Source: Candidatus Freyarchaeum deiterrae
GTDB lineage: Archaea; Asgardarchaeota; Jordiarchaeia; Jordiarchaeales; Jordiarchaeaceae
Assembly (NCBI GenBank): GCA_037305845.1
Contig: CP147778.1
Span: 1,760,001 to 1,824,000 of the forward strand
Direction: 5' to 3'
DNA length: 64,000 bases
In this document: positions 20,555 through 30,511 of the stretch, in pieces
How positions within the stretch are numbered: position 1 is the stretch's first letter
Layout of the letters: each line of letters opens with the position of its first letter
Translations under genes and position numbers: made by a program
Notes under the pieces: generated by a model
Seen by the model: only the letters and a program-made list of their open reading frames with translations
The model's database searches: none
Told to the model about the DNA's origin: nothing

Positions 20555-21256
20555 TCATTCTCGAATCCAGACAACTTTTCGAGCATCATCCTTTTTGCCC
20601 TTAAGATAAAAAACCCTCAAACCGTACTCCCACGCCAACTGCTGTAGAGCTACTGCACTAATGCGTGTACCATCAGTTACATCCATAATAATCTCTTTTC
20701 TTCCGATCTCTCTCTCAACAATATTCTTAGTCACTTCGTACATCCTCTTAAAATCGTACATAGCATACTCTGGAACCCAAATAATCTCCGCGTTATCTGG
20801 TTTACCCCCGACTCTGGTCCGCATCTCATTCTCCGCGATAAAAACATAAAGATCTGGATCAATCCCTGACTGTTCTCTTAAACGGCGCCCCACTTCCCTC
20901 ACCAACAATGGCTCACTATCTAAACTGCTCAAACACAAAACAGGTGCACTTACATTCAAGTATCTACGTACAGCTTGTACCATACTCGGAATAATCTCCG
21001 CATACTTACTCTTCCACTCCCGATACCGGTTTATAAGACCACTATTCTCTAAAGCCTGCAAATTAAAATACAGCTTGGCATCACTAATATTATCCACGCT
21101 CACTCCCAGCTCTTTCGCCAAAGCATCCCTAAGTTCATATCCTGTCTTAGGTCCCTCTAACAGCTCTTTCAAAATTATCCGGCGTGCTTCAACACCACCA
21201 ATAGCCCGCTCGACAATCATCAGTGAATCGCTCAAATTCAACACATCCAGCAACAA
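20555..21256 (-). CDS. Winged-HTH (PadR/ArsR-like) plus CARF-like domain regulator
   Basis: N-terminal IL..L.EGPKTGYEL...LYFNL..LE..GLI. C-terminal IMDVTDGTR.SA.AL...A.EYG..VFY resembles the CARF DxTGGxK/R motif. Confidence 0.65.
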   Translation of the reverse strand: MLLDVLNLSDSLMIVERAIGGVEARRIILKELLEGPKTGYELRDALAKELGVSVDNISDAKLYFNLQALENSGLINRYREWKSKYAEIIPSMVQAVRRYLNVSAPVLCLSSLDSEPLLVREVGRRLREQSGIDPDLYVFIAENEMRTRVGGKPDNAEIIWVPEYAMYDFKRMYEVTKNIVEREIGRKEIIMDVTDGTRISAVALQQLAWEYGLRVFYLKGKKDDARKVVWIRE

Positions 21257-21814
21257 TCTATCCGTTAATAATTATATAATAACAGTTATTCTTCTAACCA
21301 CCAACTACTCAGAAATTAAACCAACCTACCAAATATAACAACACGGTTTTTCTAAATGATGGTATTATATGGAACATGTTTCAAATGGTATAGAAAACAA
21401 TAATTGTCAAGATAAATTGTCCCAAACAAAATAATAAATTTAACCCCAAAGAAACAGGGAGATTTAGAATATTTTGTTCTAAGCTTGAAATAAGGCGTTC
21501 ATAAAATCTATTTTTTCTTTTTTTAAAAATTCTAAAAATAGGGTACACCTTGAAAAATTTTAGAAAACAGGTCGCTTTCTCATACGGAGAACAATTTGGG
21601 AACATCAACTTTATGGATGATATCGATGATAAAGATTAGGTAAAAAAAACATTTAAAAGTCCTAAAATCAATAATATAATCAAACGAAAATTTAATTTTT
21701 GTAATTAATACAAAACACAACCAACAACAAAAAACCTACCAAAAAATATACAAACAAAAATAAATAATAAAAACAAAAAATTTATAAAAACAATTAAAAA
21801 ATGAGGTAAAAAAT

Positions 21815-22969
21815 ATGGCAATAGGACCACCCGAAGAAGAACTTGTTGCTGCAAAACCCCTTGTACTAGACAACGGAACAGGACTAACCAAAAACGGATA
21901 CGCTGGCGAAGACCAACCGAGATCAGTATGGCCAACCTGCATAGGATACCCAAAATACACATCAATCATGACCGACGTTGAACACTACACCCGAGAATAC
22001 TACATCGGAGAAGAAGCCCTAAACCTAAGAGGTGTACTAAGATTAGTATACCCCGTAGAACACGGAACCGTAAACGACTGGGACGCCATGGAAAAAATAT
22101 GGCACTACACTTTCTTTAACGACCTACGAGTTGACCCAGCCGAACACCCAGTATTACTCACAGAAGCACCATTAAACCCACGCAAAAACCGAGAAAAAAT
22201 GGCAGAAATCATGTACGAAACCTTCAACGTACCCGCAATGTACGTAGCCATGCAAGCAGTGCTCTCATTATACGCCTCCGGAAGAACCACTGGTCTCGTA
22301 ATAGACTCCGGTGACGGTGTAACCCACATTGTACCCATATACGAAGGATTCGCACTCACCCATGCCATCACAAGAATTGACCTAGCAGGGAGAGACCTTA
22401 CTGAGTACCTCCGTCGACTACTGAGACAGAGAGGATACTCACTAGTGTCAAGTGCAGAACGAGAAATAGTTCGTGACATAAAAGAAAAACTGTGCTACGT
22501 TGCACTAGACCCCGAAAAAGAACTAAAATTAGCGGAGAAAGTCGCGGGCATGGAGAAGACCTACATGCTACCCGACGGTGAAACCATCACAATATCCAGT
22601 GAAAGGTTCTTGGCGCCTGAAGTGTTCTTTAACCCAGGAGTAGTAGGTCTAGATGCTATGCCTCTTGACGAGGTAATAGTAGATTGCGTCAAGAAATGTG
22701 ACGTTGACCTACGTCGTGACCTTTACGGAAACATAGTCCTCAGCGGCGGCAGCACAATGTTCCCAGGACTAAAAGAACGACTCCACAAAGAAATCAGCGA
22801 ACTAGTACCCGAAAACATTGAAATCAAAATAATTGCACCCCCAGAACGAATGTACAGTGTCTGGATCGGCGGGTCAATTTTGTCTTCTTTGAAGACTTTC
22901 CAGAAGATGTGGGTCACTAGGAAGGAGTATCAGGAGCAAGGTTCTTCTGCTATTCACCGATGCTTCTAA
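21815..22969 (+). CDS. Asgard actin (lokiactin-type)
   Basis: [76 protein letters not shown]-terminal HRCF. Confidence 0.98.
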   Translation: MAIGPPEEELVAAKPLVLDNGTGLTKNGYAGEDQPRSVWPTCIGYPKYTSIMTDVEHYTREYYIGEEALNLRGVLRLVYPVEHGTVNDWDAMEKIWHYTFFNDLRVDPAEHPVLLTEAPLNPRKNREKMAEIMYETFNVPAMYVAMQAVLSLYASGRTTGLVIDSGDGVTHIVPIYEGFALTHAITRIDLAGRDLTEYLRRLLRQRGYSLVSSAEREIVRDIKEKLCYVALDPEKELKLAEKVAGMEKTYMLPDGETITISSERFLAPEVFFNPGVVGLDAMPLDEVIVDCVKKCDVDLRRDLYGNIVLSGGSTMFPGLKERLHKEISELVPENIEIKIIAPPERMYSVWIGGSILSSLKTFQKMWVTRKEYQEQGSSAIHRCF

Positions 22970-22974
22970 AAAGC

Positions 22975-23040
22975 TTACACTTATTCTCCTTTCTCCTTTC
23001 TCCTTTTTTTCATTTTTTTTATCTTATCTGTTTTTAGGAG
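22975..23040 (+). terminator. T-rich intrinsic terminator after actin
   Basis: Several oligo-T runs directly after the stop codon. Confidence 0.55.
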
Positions 23041-23483
23041 TAATTCAATATTTTTTGATTGGGTTATAGGGTTGTTATAAACCGTTAACATGTTCATGCA
23101 GATTTAAGCAGATGTGTCCTTTTTGCTGTGTTTTTATAATATGGGCATGTTGAAAGGTATGGTGGGTATTTTCCCCGTATCCTTTCTGATAATACGAAAT
23201 TTTAAATATTAATTGGAAGAGAAAAGTATGCACTTGGTTGCAAGGGAAAAGGGAGTTAATTTATTAAAAAATTATATGTGGCGTGCTAGTTTCGTATTTC
23301 TTTTCTCCTCCCCATTTTTCTTATCCGCCCTTCCCTCCCCCTCCTCCTCCCTTTTCCTTCTACTTTTAGTTTTCTTATTTTGAATTGATCATTTTTATAC
23401 TTTCTATTTAGTTTTCTAGTGGTTTTTTTGGTTTATAATCATTATAATTATTTTGATAAAAACAGTTTACGAGCTTTTGGGTG

Positions 23484-24674
23484 TTATTTCTTGATGAAGA
23501 GTTTCATGAATTGTTCTCCTTCCAAAAGGCCTAGTGAACCTCTTTTGGCTGATGATTCGTCGTATTTACTTACTTCGTCACCTTTTTCTTTGTTAGAGTA
23601 GATTGCTACAGGTACTGGGTCGTTACTGTGGGTTTTGATTTTTATTGGAGTGGGGTGGTCTGGTAGTATTGCAATCTTGTAATCGTTGCTTAGATTGCCT
23701 ATTTTGTTTAAGATTTTTCCTACGATTTTTTCGTCTATGTTTTCTATGGCTTTGATTTTGTTTTCAATGTCTCCCGCGTGGCTTGCCTCGTCTGGGGCTT
23801 CAACGTGAATGTAGACGAAGTCTCCGTCTTCTAGAGATTTTAGAGCACATTCTGCTTTTCCCGTATAGTTTGTTTCATAGTATCCAGTGGCTCCTGGGAC
23901 TTGTATGACTTTAAGTCCTATTAGCAAACCTATTCCTTTTATCAGATCTACCGCGGAAATTATAGCTCCTTTAACTCCAAACTTTTCCTCGAAACTCTGC
24001 AAATTGGGTTTTTTACCCTGCCCCCATGGCCATATAGAATTTGCAGGGGCTTTTCCATCTCGGATTCTCTTTATGTTAATTGGATGGTTCTTTAGAATTT
24101 CTTGGGACTTTCTTATAAGTTCTAACAGGATTTCGCTTCCCTTCCCTCTTGGAAGATAGGGGTCAATGATTTTATCAGTGATATCGTGTGGTGGGGTGCA
24201 TTCCGTTTTTTCGGTTCTGTTGTTTATTATCACTAAAATATGCCTATAACTTACTCCGTTGTAGAATTTAATCGAATGACTTGCCAGTTTTATATTCATG
24301 GTTTCGATAAGTTTCTTGGCTTCCTCGCTGCTTATGTGTCCAGCACTGTAATCCTCCATCCTTCCGTCTTTAAGTGTTATTAGATTACAACGGAAGGCAT
24401 TTTCGTTCTCCTCAAGTTTTATTCCTAGAGAAATTGCTTCTATGGGGCCCCTTCCTGTATAGTATTTTAGTGGGTCGTAACCTAAGACTGATAGGTTTGC
24501 TACATCAGACCCTGGTTGCATTTTGTCCGGCACTGTTCTTAATGTTCCGTTTCTCCCCTTTAGAGCAATAAAATCCATATTTGGCTTATTGGCGACCTGT
24601 AGGGGGGTTTTGCCATTTAGTTCTTCTAAAGGATAGTCTGCCATTCCGTCTCCAACAATTACAATGTACTTCAT
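23484..24674 (-). CDS. apgM: 2,3-bisphosphoglycerate-independent phosphoglycerate mutase (archaeal type)
   Basis: GDGMAD, GKTPL, PGSDVANL, PDEASH.GD, PDHPTP, H..DPVP. Confidence 0.92.
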   Translation of the reverse strand: MKYIVIVGDGMADYPLEELNGKTPLQVANKPNMDFIALKGRNGTLRTVPDKMQPGSDVANLSVLGYDPLKYYTGRGPIEAISLGIKLEENENAFRCNLITLKDGRMEDYSAGHISSEEAKKLIETMNIKLASHSIKFYNGVSYRHILVIINNRTEKTECTPPHDITDKIIDPYLPRGKGSEILLELIRKSQEILKNHPINIKRIRDGKAPANSIWPWGQGKKPNLQSFEEKFGVKGAIISAVDLIKGIGLLIGLKVIQVPGATGYYETNYTGKAECALKSLEDGDFVYIHVEAPDEASHAGDIENKIKAIENIDEKIVGKILNKIGNLSNDYKIAILPDHPTPIKIKTHSNDPVPVAIYSNKEKGDEVSKYDESSAKRGSLGLLEGEQFMKLFIKK

Positions 24675-24918
24675 AGAGTGTGCACCAATATTCTAAATTT
24701 GTATTTCCACTTAGTTTAATAGAAAAATTTAAGCGGGCTTCGTTTCTGTTCACATTATTGTGAACTTTAGCACTAAGTTTATTTAAAATTGATTCAGAAT
24801 GTTCAACTAACTCCAAATATGTCCTCATGAAATTTTTCATTTCAAATAATTCCGAAAAATTAAACTAATCTTGTAAAAGAAATAGTTTAGATTCTTTTAT
24901 TTTCACATAGGAGGGATT

Positions 24919-25413
24919 TTGTTGCCTCTTCAAATTGGTGTTATTGGAAGTGACGGCGATATAGACGAAAAGGTAAGAATCTTGGCAGAGAATTTGGGTC
25001 GAATGATTGCTGTTCAAGGAATGATTCTTGTTTGTGGAGGGCACTCTGGAGTAATGGAAGCTGCAGCTAGTGGTGCAAAGGAGGAAGGTGGCACTACAGT
25101 TGGTATTATACCTGAGGTGGATAAAAGGGGAGCTAATCAATTTTGCGATATTGTGATTGCTACTGGTATCGGTAGGGCGAGAAATCTGGTGGTGGTAAAT
25201 TCGAGTGATGTGGTTGTTGCGATATCTGGAGGTTCTGGTACGCTCTCTGAGATTGCGTTAGCTCTTGCAGAGAACAAGATGGTTATTGTGTTAAAGGGAT
25301 CTGGGGGAGTGTCTGATTTGGTCGCAGGTAAAATGATAGGTAATTGCAAGGTTATAGAGGCAGAGTCTCCTGAAGAAGTGATCGAAATGATTTTGAATCA
25401 TGGAAAATTCTGA
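24919..25413 (+). CDS. TIGR00725/LOG-family Rossmann protein
   Basis: IGVIG, CGG.SGVMEA, RN......SD, GGSGTLSEI. Confidence 0.85.
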   Translation: MLPLQIGVIGSDGDIDEKVRILAENLGRMIAVQGMILVCGGHSGVMEAAASGAKEEGGTTVGIIPEVDKRGANQFCDIVIATGIGRARNLVVVNSSDVVVAISGGSGTLSEIALALAENKMVIVLKGSGGVSDLVAGKMIGNCKVIEAESPEEVIEMILNHGKF

Positions 25414-25429
25414 AATCTGTGATGTGTTT

Positions 25430-26140
25430 TTATCTGAATCCTCTTTGAATGAATATATTTGTTGTTAGCAGTCCTAGGCTAAATGCTAATACGAAAAGTA
25501 GTAAGGAAGCTAGAGCATAGATGGAAGGATGTTTTGTTTCCCCTATCTTTGCCGAGGAATACGATGCCATTATACTAACAATTCCAAGTGCGATTAACGT
25601 TGGCCAATAAACACCTATTTCGAAGCCAGTCATTGTTGTCGGTAGATACTGATACTGAAGAAAGTTTGATGATATGGAAAACAGTGGCGCTAGGGAACTG
25701 ATTAGCCCGAGAATAGCTGAGGTGGCTACTGAGAGTATCTTTATTTTGAATAATTGGGCATTGAGTTGATTTTTTCGCTCCTCTACTAACTGTTGATCTT
25801 CTCTTATCTCCCATATGGTTCTCTCAAGCATTCTTCCTGCTTCTTGGGAGTTTTTAGTTAAAGCCTTCTTAACTAACCATAAAATCCTTCTGACTTGTAT
25901 ACTATCACTTAACTCATCAAAGAAGTTCCAAGCCTCTTCTAGAGAAGATTTCCCTACACTAATCTCATTTACTATGGACATTAACTTTTGTTTTATGGGT
26001 CCCGAATAATTTATTGCAGCTATTCTCAAAGAGGTTTCAGGACTTTTTCCCTTCTTCAATTCTTCGCTAAGAAAAGTTAGAAAAGCCAAAATCTCTTGAA
26101 ATATATTTTCATTTTCAAGTTCCAAATTTATTACTTCCAC
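25430..26140 (-). CDS. Type II secretion F / TadC-like membrane platform protein
   Basis: G.SPE.SL helical T2SF region plus 3 TM segments; downstream of the ATPase. Confidence 0.7.
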   Translation of the reverse strand: MEVINLELENENIFQEILAFLTFLSEELKKGKSPETSLRIAAINYSGPIKQKLMSIVNEISVGKSSLEEAWNFFDELSDSIQVRRILWLVKKALTKNSQEAGRMLERTIWEIREDQQLVEERKNQLNAQLFKIKILSVATSAILGLISSLAPLFSISSNFLQYQYLPTTMTGFEIGVYWPTLIALGIVSIMASYSSAKIGETKHPSIYALASLLLFVLAFSLGLLTTNIFIQRGFR

Positions 26141-26214
26141 TTCTTTCTTTGCTAATATTTTATTTGTTCTTTTGCATTTAACTTCTAATTCTTATAGGGA
26201 ATTATCATGACTTC

Positions 26215-27126
26215 TTAGTCTTTGGAACTATTGTAAGCATGTTTTGGTTTGGATTTTTCTAACAAGTTAGTTTTGCTCTGTGTAGCGAATTTTTCGAGAA
26301 TTACTAGAATCATAATTTGTATAGGTATCAATATTAAAATCAGTGGATTGGCACCCATGCCTCTTAACAATAGTCCTAAAGATACGACTATAGGTATGAA
26401 AAAACCTATGCCCATGACAATTAGCAAGCGGCCTTCCAACTCTAACGTATGCTTTTGATATTCATTTCTAACTTCACGTTGTGCTATTTTTATTGTTCTA
26501 TCAACTAGATTTTCTGATATCTCCGAGGATTTTAGTATGGCAGGAATGTGTATTTTTAATGTTTCTGATGGTTGGTTTATGGCGAAATTTATCAGCAGTT
26601 TCTCTGGTTTTTCACCCGAGTTAACTTGATTTGCCAAACTCTTAAATTCTGTAGAAATAATGGGATAGTCCGCGTTTGCTACCAAGAGAATAAAATCAAA
26701 AATCGAACCTGTGGAAGATAATATAAAGAGTAGTTCTTCAAGAATGAAATCGGCGTACCTAGCTATTGTCCAACGGTTTTTATTATATTTTTTTGGTAAA
26801 TAAGTGATTGCAAAATTGCTTGCTAAAACAAACATTGCGATTGAGAGCATCGCGCCCACTAATATGTTAAACATGATACCAATAATTAAAGTTAAAAACG
26901 CTATAGTGAGACCAAAGCCTAACGATCCGGCGGCCACTTCCTCCGCTGTGATTTGTCCTTCTTTAAAGAAGTATTCTGTAGAAATTATTAATTCCCTAGA
27001 AATCATTCGTTTGCCAATTCTTCTCAGCGTTTTATTTTTTCCAAAGATTTTAGATATTCTTTCTATGAAACTTGATTCTTTAGCTTTTTTATTTCTTCTA
27101 TGATTATTTGTCTTACCTCTCTCCAA
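26215..27126 (-). CDS. Type II secretion F / TadB-like membrane platform protein
   Basis: YPIISTEF......SGE.PE..L motif; TM segments at both ends. Confidence 0.72.
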   Translation of the reverse strand: MERGKTNNHRRNKKAKESSFIERISKIFGKNKTLRRIGKRMISRELIISTEYFFKEGQITAEEVAAGSLGFGLTIAFLTLIIGIMFNILVGAMLSIAMFVLASNFAITYLPKKYNKNRWTIARYADFILEELLFILSSTGSIFDFILLVANADYPIISTEFKSLANQVNSGEKPEKLLINFAINQPSETLKIHIPAILKSSEISENLVDRTIKIAQREVRNEYQKHTLELEGRLLIVMGIGFFIPIVVSLGLLLRGMGANPLILILIPIQIMILVILEKFATQSKTNLLEKSKPKHAYNSSKD

Positions 27127-29321
27127 TTAATCACTTCCTTCTCCATCTCTTGCTCTGAGAGCAACGCATAAAGATGATGAAAAATGAGAATGTTCCTTGG
27201 TAAATCGAAAATTTGTTCTTCAGCCATGGCTGAAAATATTTTTTTGTATGTTTCCAATTCATCTAGAAATGATTTCTCATCGATATGCTCTAACATTTTT
27301 ATTTTTTCTAGTGTTGGTGTGTTGAACAATTCCGAAGAAGCTATTAACTCCTTAACTTTAGGTTCCCAGGTGAAAACTTCTATTATAACTTCTTGAGAAA
27401 GAACACTTTGGATGTCCTTAAACATCTCTTTCTTTTTAAAATCAATCTCACATACACGCACCACTCTTCTTTTCCTTTTAAAATGGGATTTCATACGATT
27501 AATCTGAACTATAATAGATAAATCTCGTAAGCATGCTGGGGAAACCTCGTGATGGACAACCCATCGTAGAATCATATCCTCAACTGACGCCCCGTGGCAT
27601 GTTTGAAGTCCAGATATTCCTGAAGAAAGGGCATGAAACATAGCTTGGCTGTCCTGCGCAGTTTGTATTTCTCCTAAGAATACCCAGTCCGGAGAGCGAT
27701 GAAGTAGACGCGTGATCTCTTTGCTTTTGTTACGTCCTTTACTTTCATCTCCTTCAAATGGTTCAACTTTAAAACGGGTTTGATGCTTTCCATATTCTGT
27801 TTGAGGGATACTCTCAATCACATCTTCCAAGTAAATTTTTCTCCAATCCTGCGGAGTTAAGATGTCTAGAGCATTAATTAAGGTTGTTTTCCCTGCTCCT
27901 GATTCCCCAACTACCGTGATATTCATTCTTCGCAAGAGACAAAAAAGTAGATATGCCGCTGTTTGTACATCCAAAGTTTCGTTAGATATAAGTTCTGGAA
28001 GTGTGTAAGGATTCTTTCTAAGCTTTCTACAGTCCAGTTGCACTCCTTCGGCTGCCAAGGGTGCACTATCTATAGAAATCCGTATATGAAAACTGTCTGT
28101 AATTATTTCTGTTTTAAGGGAAGGTTTTGATTCATCGAGCTGCATATCACTTTCTGCTCTTACACGCGTTATTATTCTCTCAATATCTCGTTCTGTTAAC
28201 GATACTGATGTTCTACACCTCCCCCATTTTCTGTGATCCAAGTAAATATTTGTGCTTTCTTTATCCAAATAAAACTCTTCTACACTTGAATCCAGAAGAA
28301 AAGGCGCGACGGTACCCATACCAATACTTTCGTAGCAAGATATTTCAGATATTTTTTCAGAAGAATCAGCAGGTATTTCGGGATACTTGTTACGTAAAAA
28401 GTTTAATGCTTCACTTTTTCTTATTTTTATCAGTTCATCTATCCTAAAAAAATCTTTTTTATTAGTAAGAATTTGGCTGGCTCCCAGTTCATTTATGACT
28501 TCTTTAAGAAAATTTTTTCCAGAAGTATTTATATCCGACTCCTCAACATAATAAAAACGTTCGGTTGAATTTTTATCTAAATATACTGTAATAACGTACG
28601 GCCCAGCTTCATATGTGTCTATTAAAATTCTATCCTCTGCTTCAGCCTCCTCACTCACACTCGGCTCGTCTCTTTGAATACAAGAAAGTAAATAATTGTA
28701 TAAAACGTTTCTTGGTTTGTTCTTAATGCTAGGTTTTAAATTATTATACTGTTCTATAATCTTTGTTTCCTCTAAGGGTTCTCTAAGGGTTTCAATTACA
28801 GAGGTGAATTTGTCGTAGCATTGGACACAAAGACTGCTTTCTTTATCAAATGATTCATTGCAAGTACCTTTCTCTTTCAGCTCCAAGTACGCTCTTACTG
28901 GATCTTGATAGATAAGGCCAGCCTTACTATCGCTCCCAAATATCGTGTCCAAATATTCTTTTCTCTCACTTTCACAGACACTGGCCTTAGGGCAATTTGC
29001 AATAACCAATTTCCTAACTTTGAGTTTCTTTTTTAAAATCTTAGAAATCGCTTTTGCGGTCTCTAATAAATATTCTGTTTGAATTTTGTTGAAACTATTA
29101 ATTGTAGTGGGTGAATAAAATACCATTTCGTCAACATTATCTTCTTTTTCTAGGTTGTTTAGGCACTCTGACATGCAAGCGGAACTGCTTCTTGGATCCG
29201 CTTCGTTTTTATTTTTACAGTGCTTACCACATTTAAATGTTAGCTTGTAGAAAACTTTATTTTCTTTCTTTTCAAAGTCACGCTGAATTTTCGTACAATT
29301 TTTTAGTGTAGTTTTCAACAT
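27063..29321 (-). CDS. VirB11/CpaF/FlaI-family secretion ATPase with Cys-rich N-terminal extension
   Basis: Walker A GESGAGKT, ED..E, R.PD...LGEI, QTCHG His-box. Confidence 0.9.
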   Translation of the reverse strand: MLKTTLKNCTKIQRDFEKKENKVFYKLTFKCGKHCKNKNEADPRSSSACMSECLNNLEKEDNVDEMVFYSPTTINSFNKIQTEYLLETAKAISKILKKKLKVRKLVIANCPKASVCESERKEYLDTIFGSDSKAGLIYQDPVRAYLELKEKGTCNESFDKESSLCVQCYDKFTSVIETLREPLEETKIIEQYNNLKPSIKNKPRNVLYNYLLSCIQRDEPSVSEEAEAEDRILIDTYEAGPYVITVYLDKNSTERFYYVEESDINTSGKNFLKEVINELGASQILTNKKDFFRIDELIKIRKSEALNFLRNKYPEIPADSSEKISEISCYESIGMGTVAPFLLDSSVEEFYLDKESTNIYLDHRKWGRCRTSVSLTERDIERIITRVRAESDMQLDESKPSLKTEIITDSFHIRISIDSAPLAAEGVQLDCRKLRKNPYTLPELISNETLDVQTAAYLLFCLLRRMNITVVGESGAGKTTLINALDILTPQDWRKIYLEDVIESIPQTEYGKHQTRFKVEPFEGDESKGRNKSKEITRLLHRSPDWVFLGEIQTAQDSQAMFHALSSGISGLQTCHGASVEDMILRWVVHHEVSPACLRDLSIIVQINRMKSHFKRKRRVVRVCEIDFKKKEMFKDIQSVLSQEVIIEVFTWEPKVKELIASSELFNTPTLEKIKMLEHIDEKSFLDELETYKKIFSAMAEEQIFDLPRNILIFHHLYALLSEQEMEKEVINWREVRQIIIEEIKKLKNQVS

Positions 29322-29513
29322 ATAATTCCCTTAAAAATTTTAAAAGTACAGTATTTAAGCACCGCTCTATCTATTGCCTTTTTTTATGGGATAAATTTCA
29401 GATATAAAAATTAGAAATTATTGTGGGGTTTAAATACCAGCTTATCTCAAAAAAATAGAAGATAAATTTGAAATTTACTAAACACATGAAAAAAGATTTA
29501 AAGGGGTAGCAAA

Positions 29514-29720
29514 ATGACTAGGAAGATTCTGGATTTCATCCTTAAAATGTTCAAGGATGACAAAGGTTCACCACTGGTTGAAGAAGGAATTTTAATTGGT
29601 CTCGCAATTCTTAGTGTAACTATACTAGTAGGGATAATTTTGAGTATACTTGGTTGGACAGGGAACTCTATATCAAATATTTTCAACTACTTGAATCGCA
29701 TCGCTAACGGGTTTTTTTAG
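29514..29720 (+). CDS. Flp-like type IV pilin
   Basis: Class III signal peptide FKDDKG|SPLVE (Glu at +5), then a hydrophobic helix; divergent from the ATPase. Confidence 0.8.
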   Translation: MTRKILDFILKMFKDDKGSPLVEEGILIGLAILSVTILVGIILSILGWTGNSISNIFNYLNRIANGFF

Positions 29721-30045
29721 ATGGTCATTAATAGCACCATATACAAGATCCAAAACCAAGAATATGGATATGATGGAGTACTATTTGAATAAAACAAGTA
29801 TAGGTCGTCTCTGTCAAGAACTATCAGTTTGATTAAGTAAATGGTTTTAAATTAATCCTAGTATTGAAAATCAAATAATAATTAACTCAAGATTATTCCA
29901 CAAAAAGGGAGAGATATACTGACCGTAGCAAAAATAAAAATAATCTATAGCTGGTTTTCCTAAACAATATTAGATTTCCAAGATTGAATGGTTAAATTAA
30001 ACTAAAAGTAAAAATTATTTTGTTCTCGAACTAAGATAAATTTTA

Positions 30046-30195
30046 TGGTGCTCCGGCCGGGAAATTCGGATTGACACCAAGTGTTAATCATTCGAACCCG
30101 GGTCGAGGAGGCGAATGGACAGGCGATTCATTTGAATCGTCTAAAGCCCCTTATGCTTAGCCATATCTTGTTTGGCCGGGCTACACCACCGGAGC
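30046..30195 (-). tRNA. tRNA-Glu(UUC) with three BHB introns (21/22: 30157-30171; 34/35: 30115-30143; 59/60: 30063-30090), CCA encoded
   Basis: Spliced 78 nt: GCTCCGGTGGTGTAGCCCGGCCAAGCATAAGGGGCTTTCGCCTCCTCGACCCGGGTTCGAATCCCGGCCGGAGCACCA; full cloverleaf. Confidence 0.9.
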
Positions 30196-30511
30196 TCTTT
30201 ATCAGACTTGTAAAAAACACTTTAGGTATTAAATTTTTCTATTTTAATTGTCAATCTACTTAACTTGTCATGCCCCATAAAAACAGTTATCTCCCAATTG
30301 TGTTTTCGGATTTAATTATAGGTCTTTATATCTGAATTTCCAATTATAGTTTTTGTTTAATACTTTCGGTTAACTCTCTTTCTCCAATATCCGTGTATGT
30401 TGAAAAGGTAATTTTTTATTTTTAATCTAGTTAAAAGTATTTTTAAAAATATTTTTTTTATTAATTAAAAATTAATATATTAAAAGTAATTAAAAATATG
30501 GTGATTTATTT

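Noticed and set aside
20555-21800. CRISPR locus suggested by the CARF-like gene
   Set aside because: No repeat-spacer array or cas gene is visible anywhere in the window.
21381-21969. Short Phe/Ile- or Lys/Asn-rich ORFs upstream of actin and at 48500-48734
   Set aside because: Products of A-rich low-complexity intergenic DNA.
23328-23351. G-quadruplex-like motif on the minus strand within a pyrimidine tract
   Set aside because: Low-complexity sequence between convergent genes, with no independent support for function.
30141-30146. Apparent UUA (ochre suppressor) anticodon
   Set aside because: Artefact of the 34/35 intron. BHB geometry and the tRNA body give Glu(UUC).
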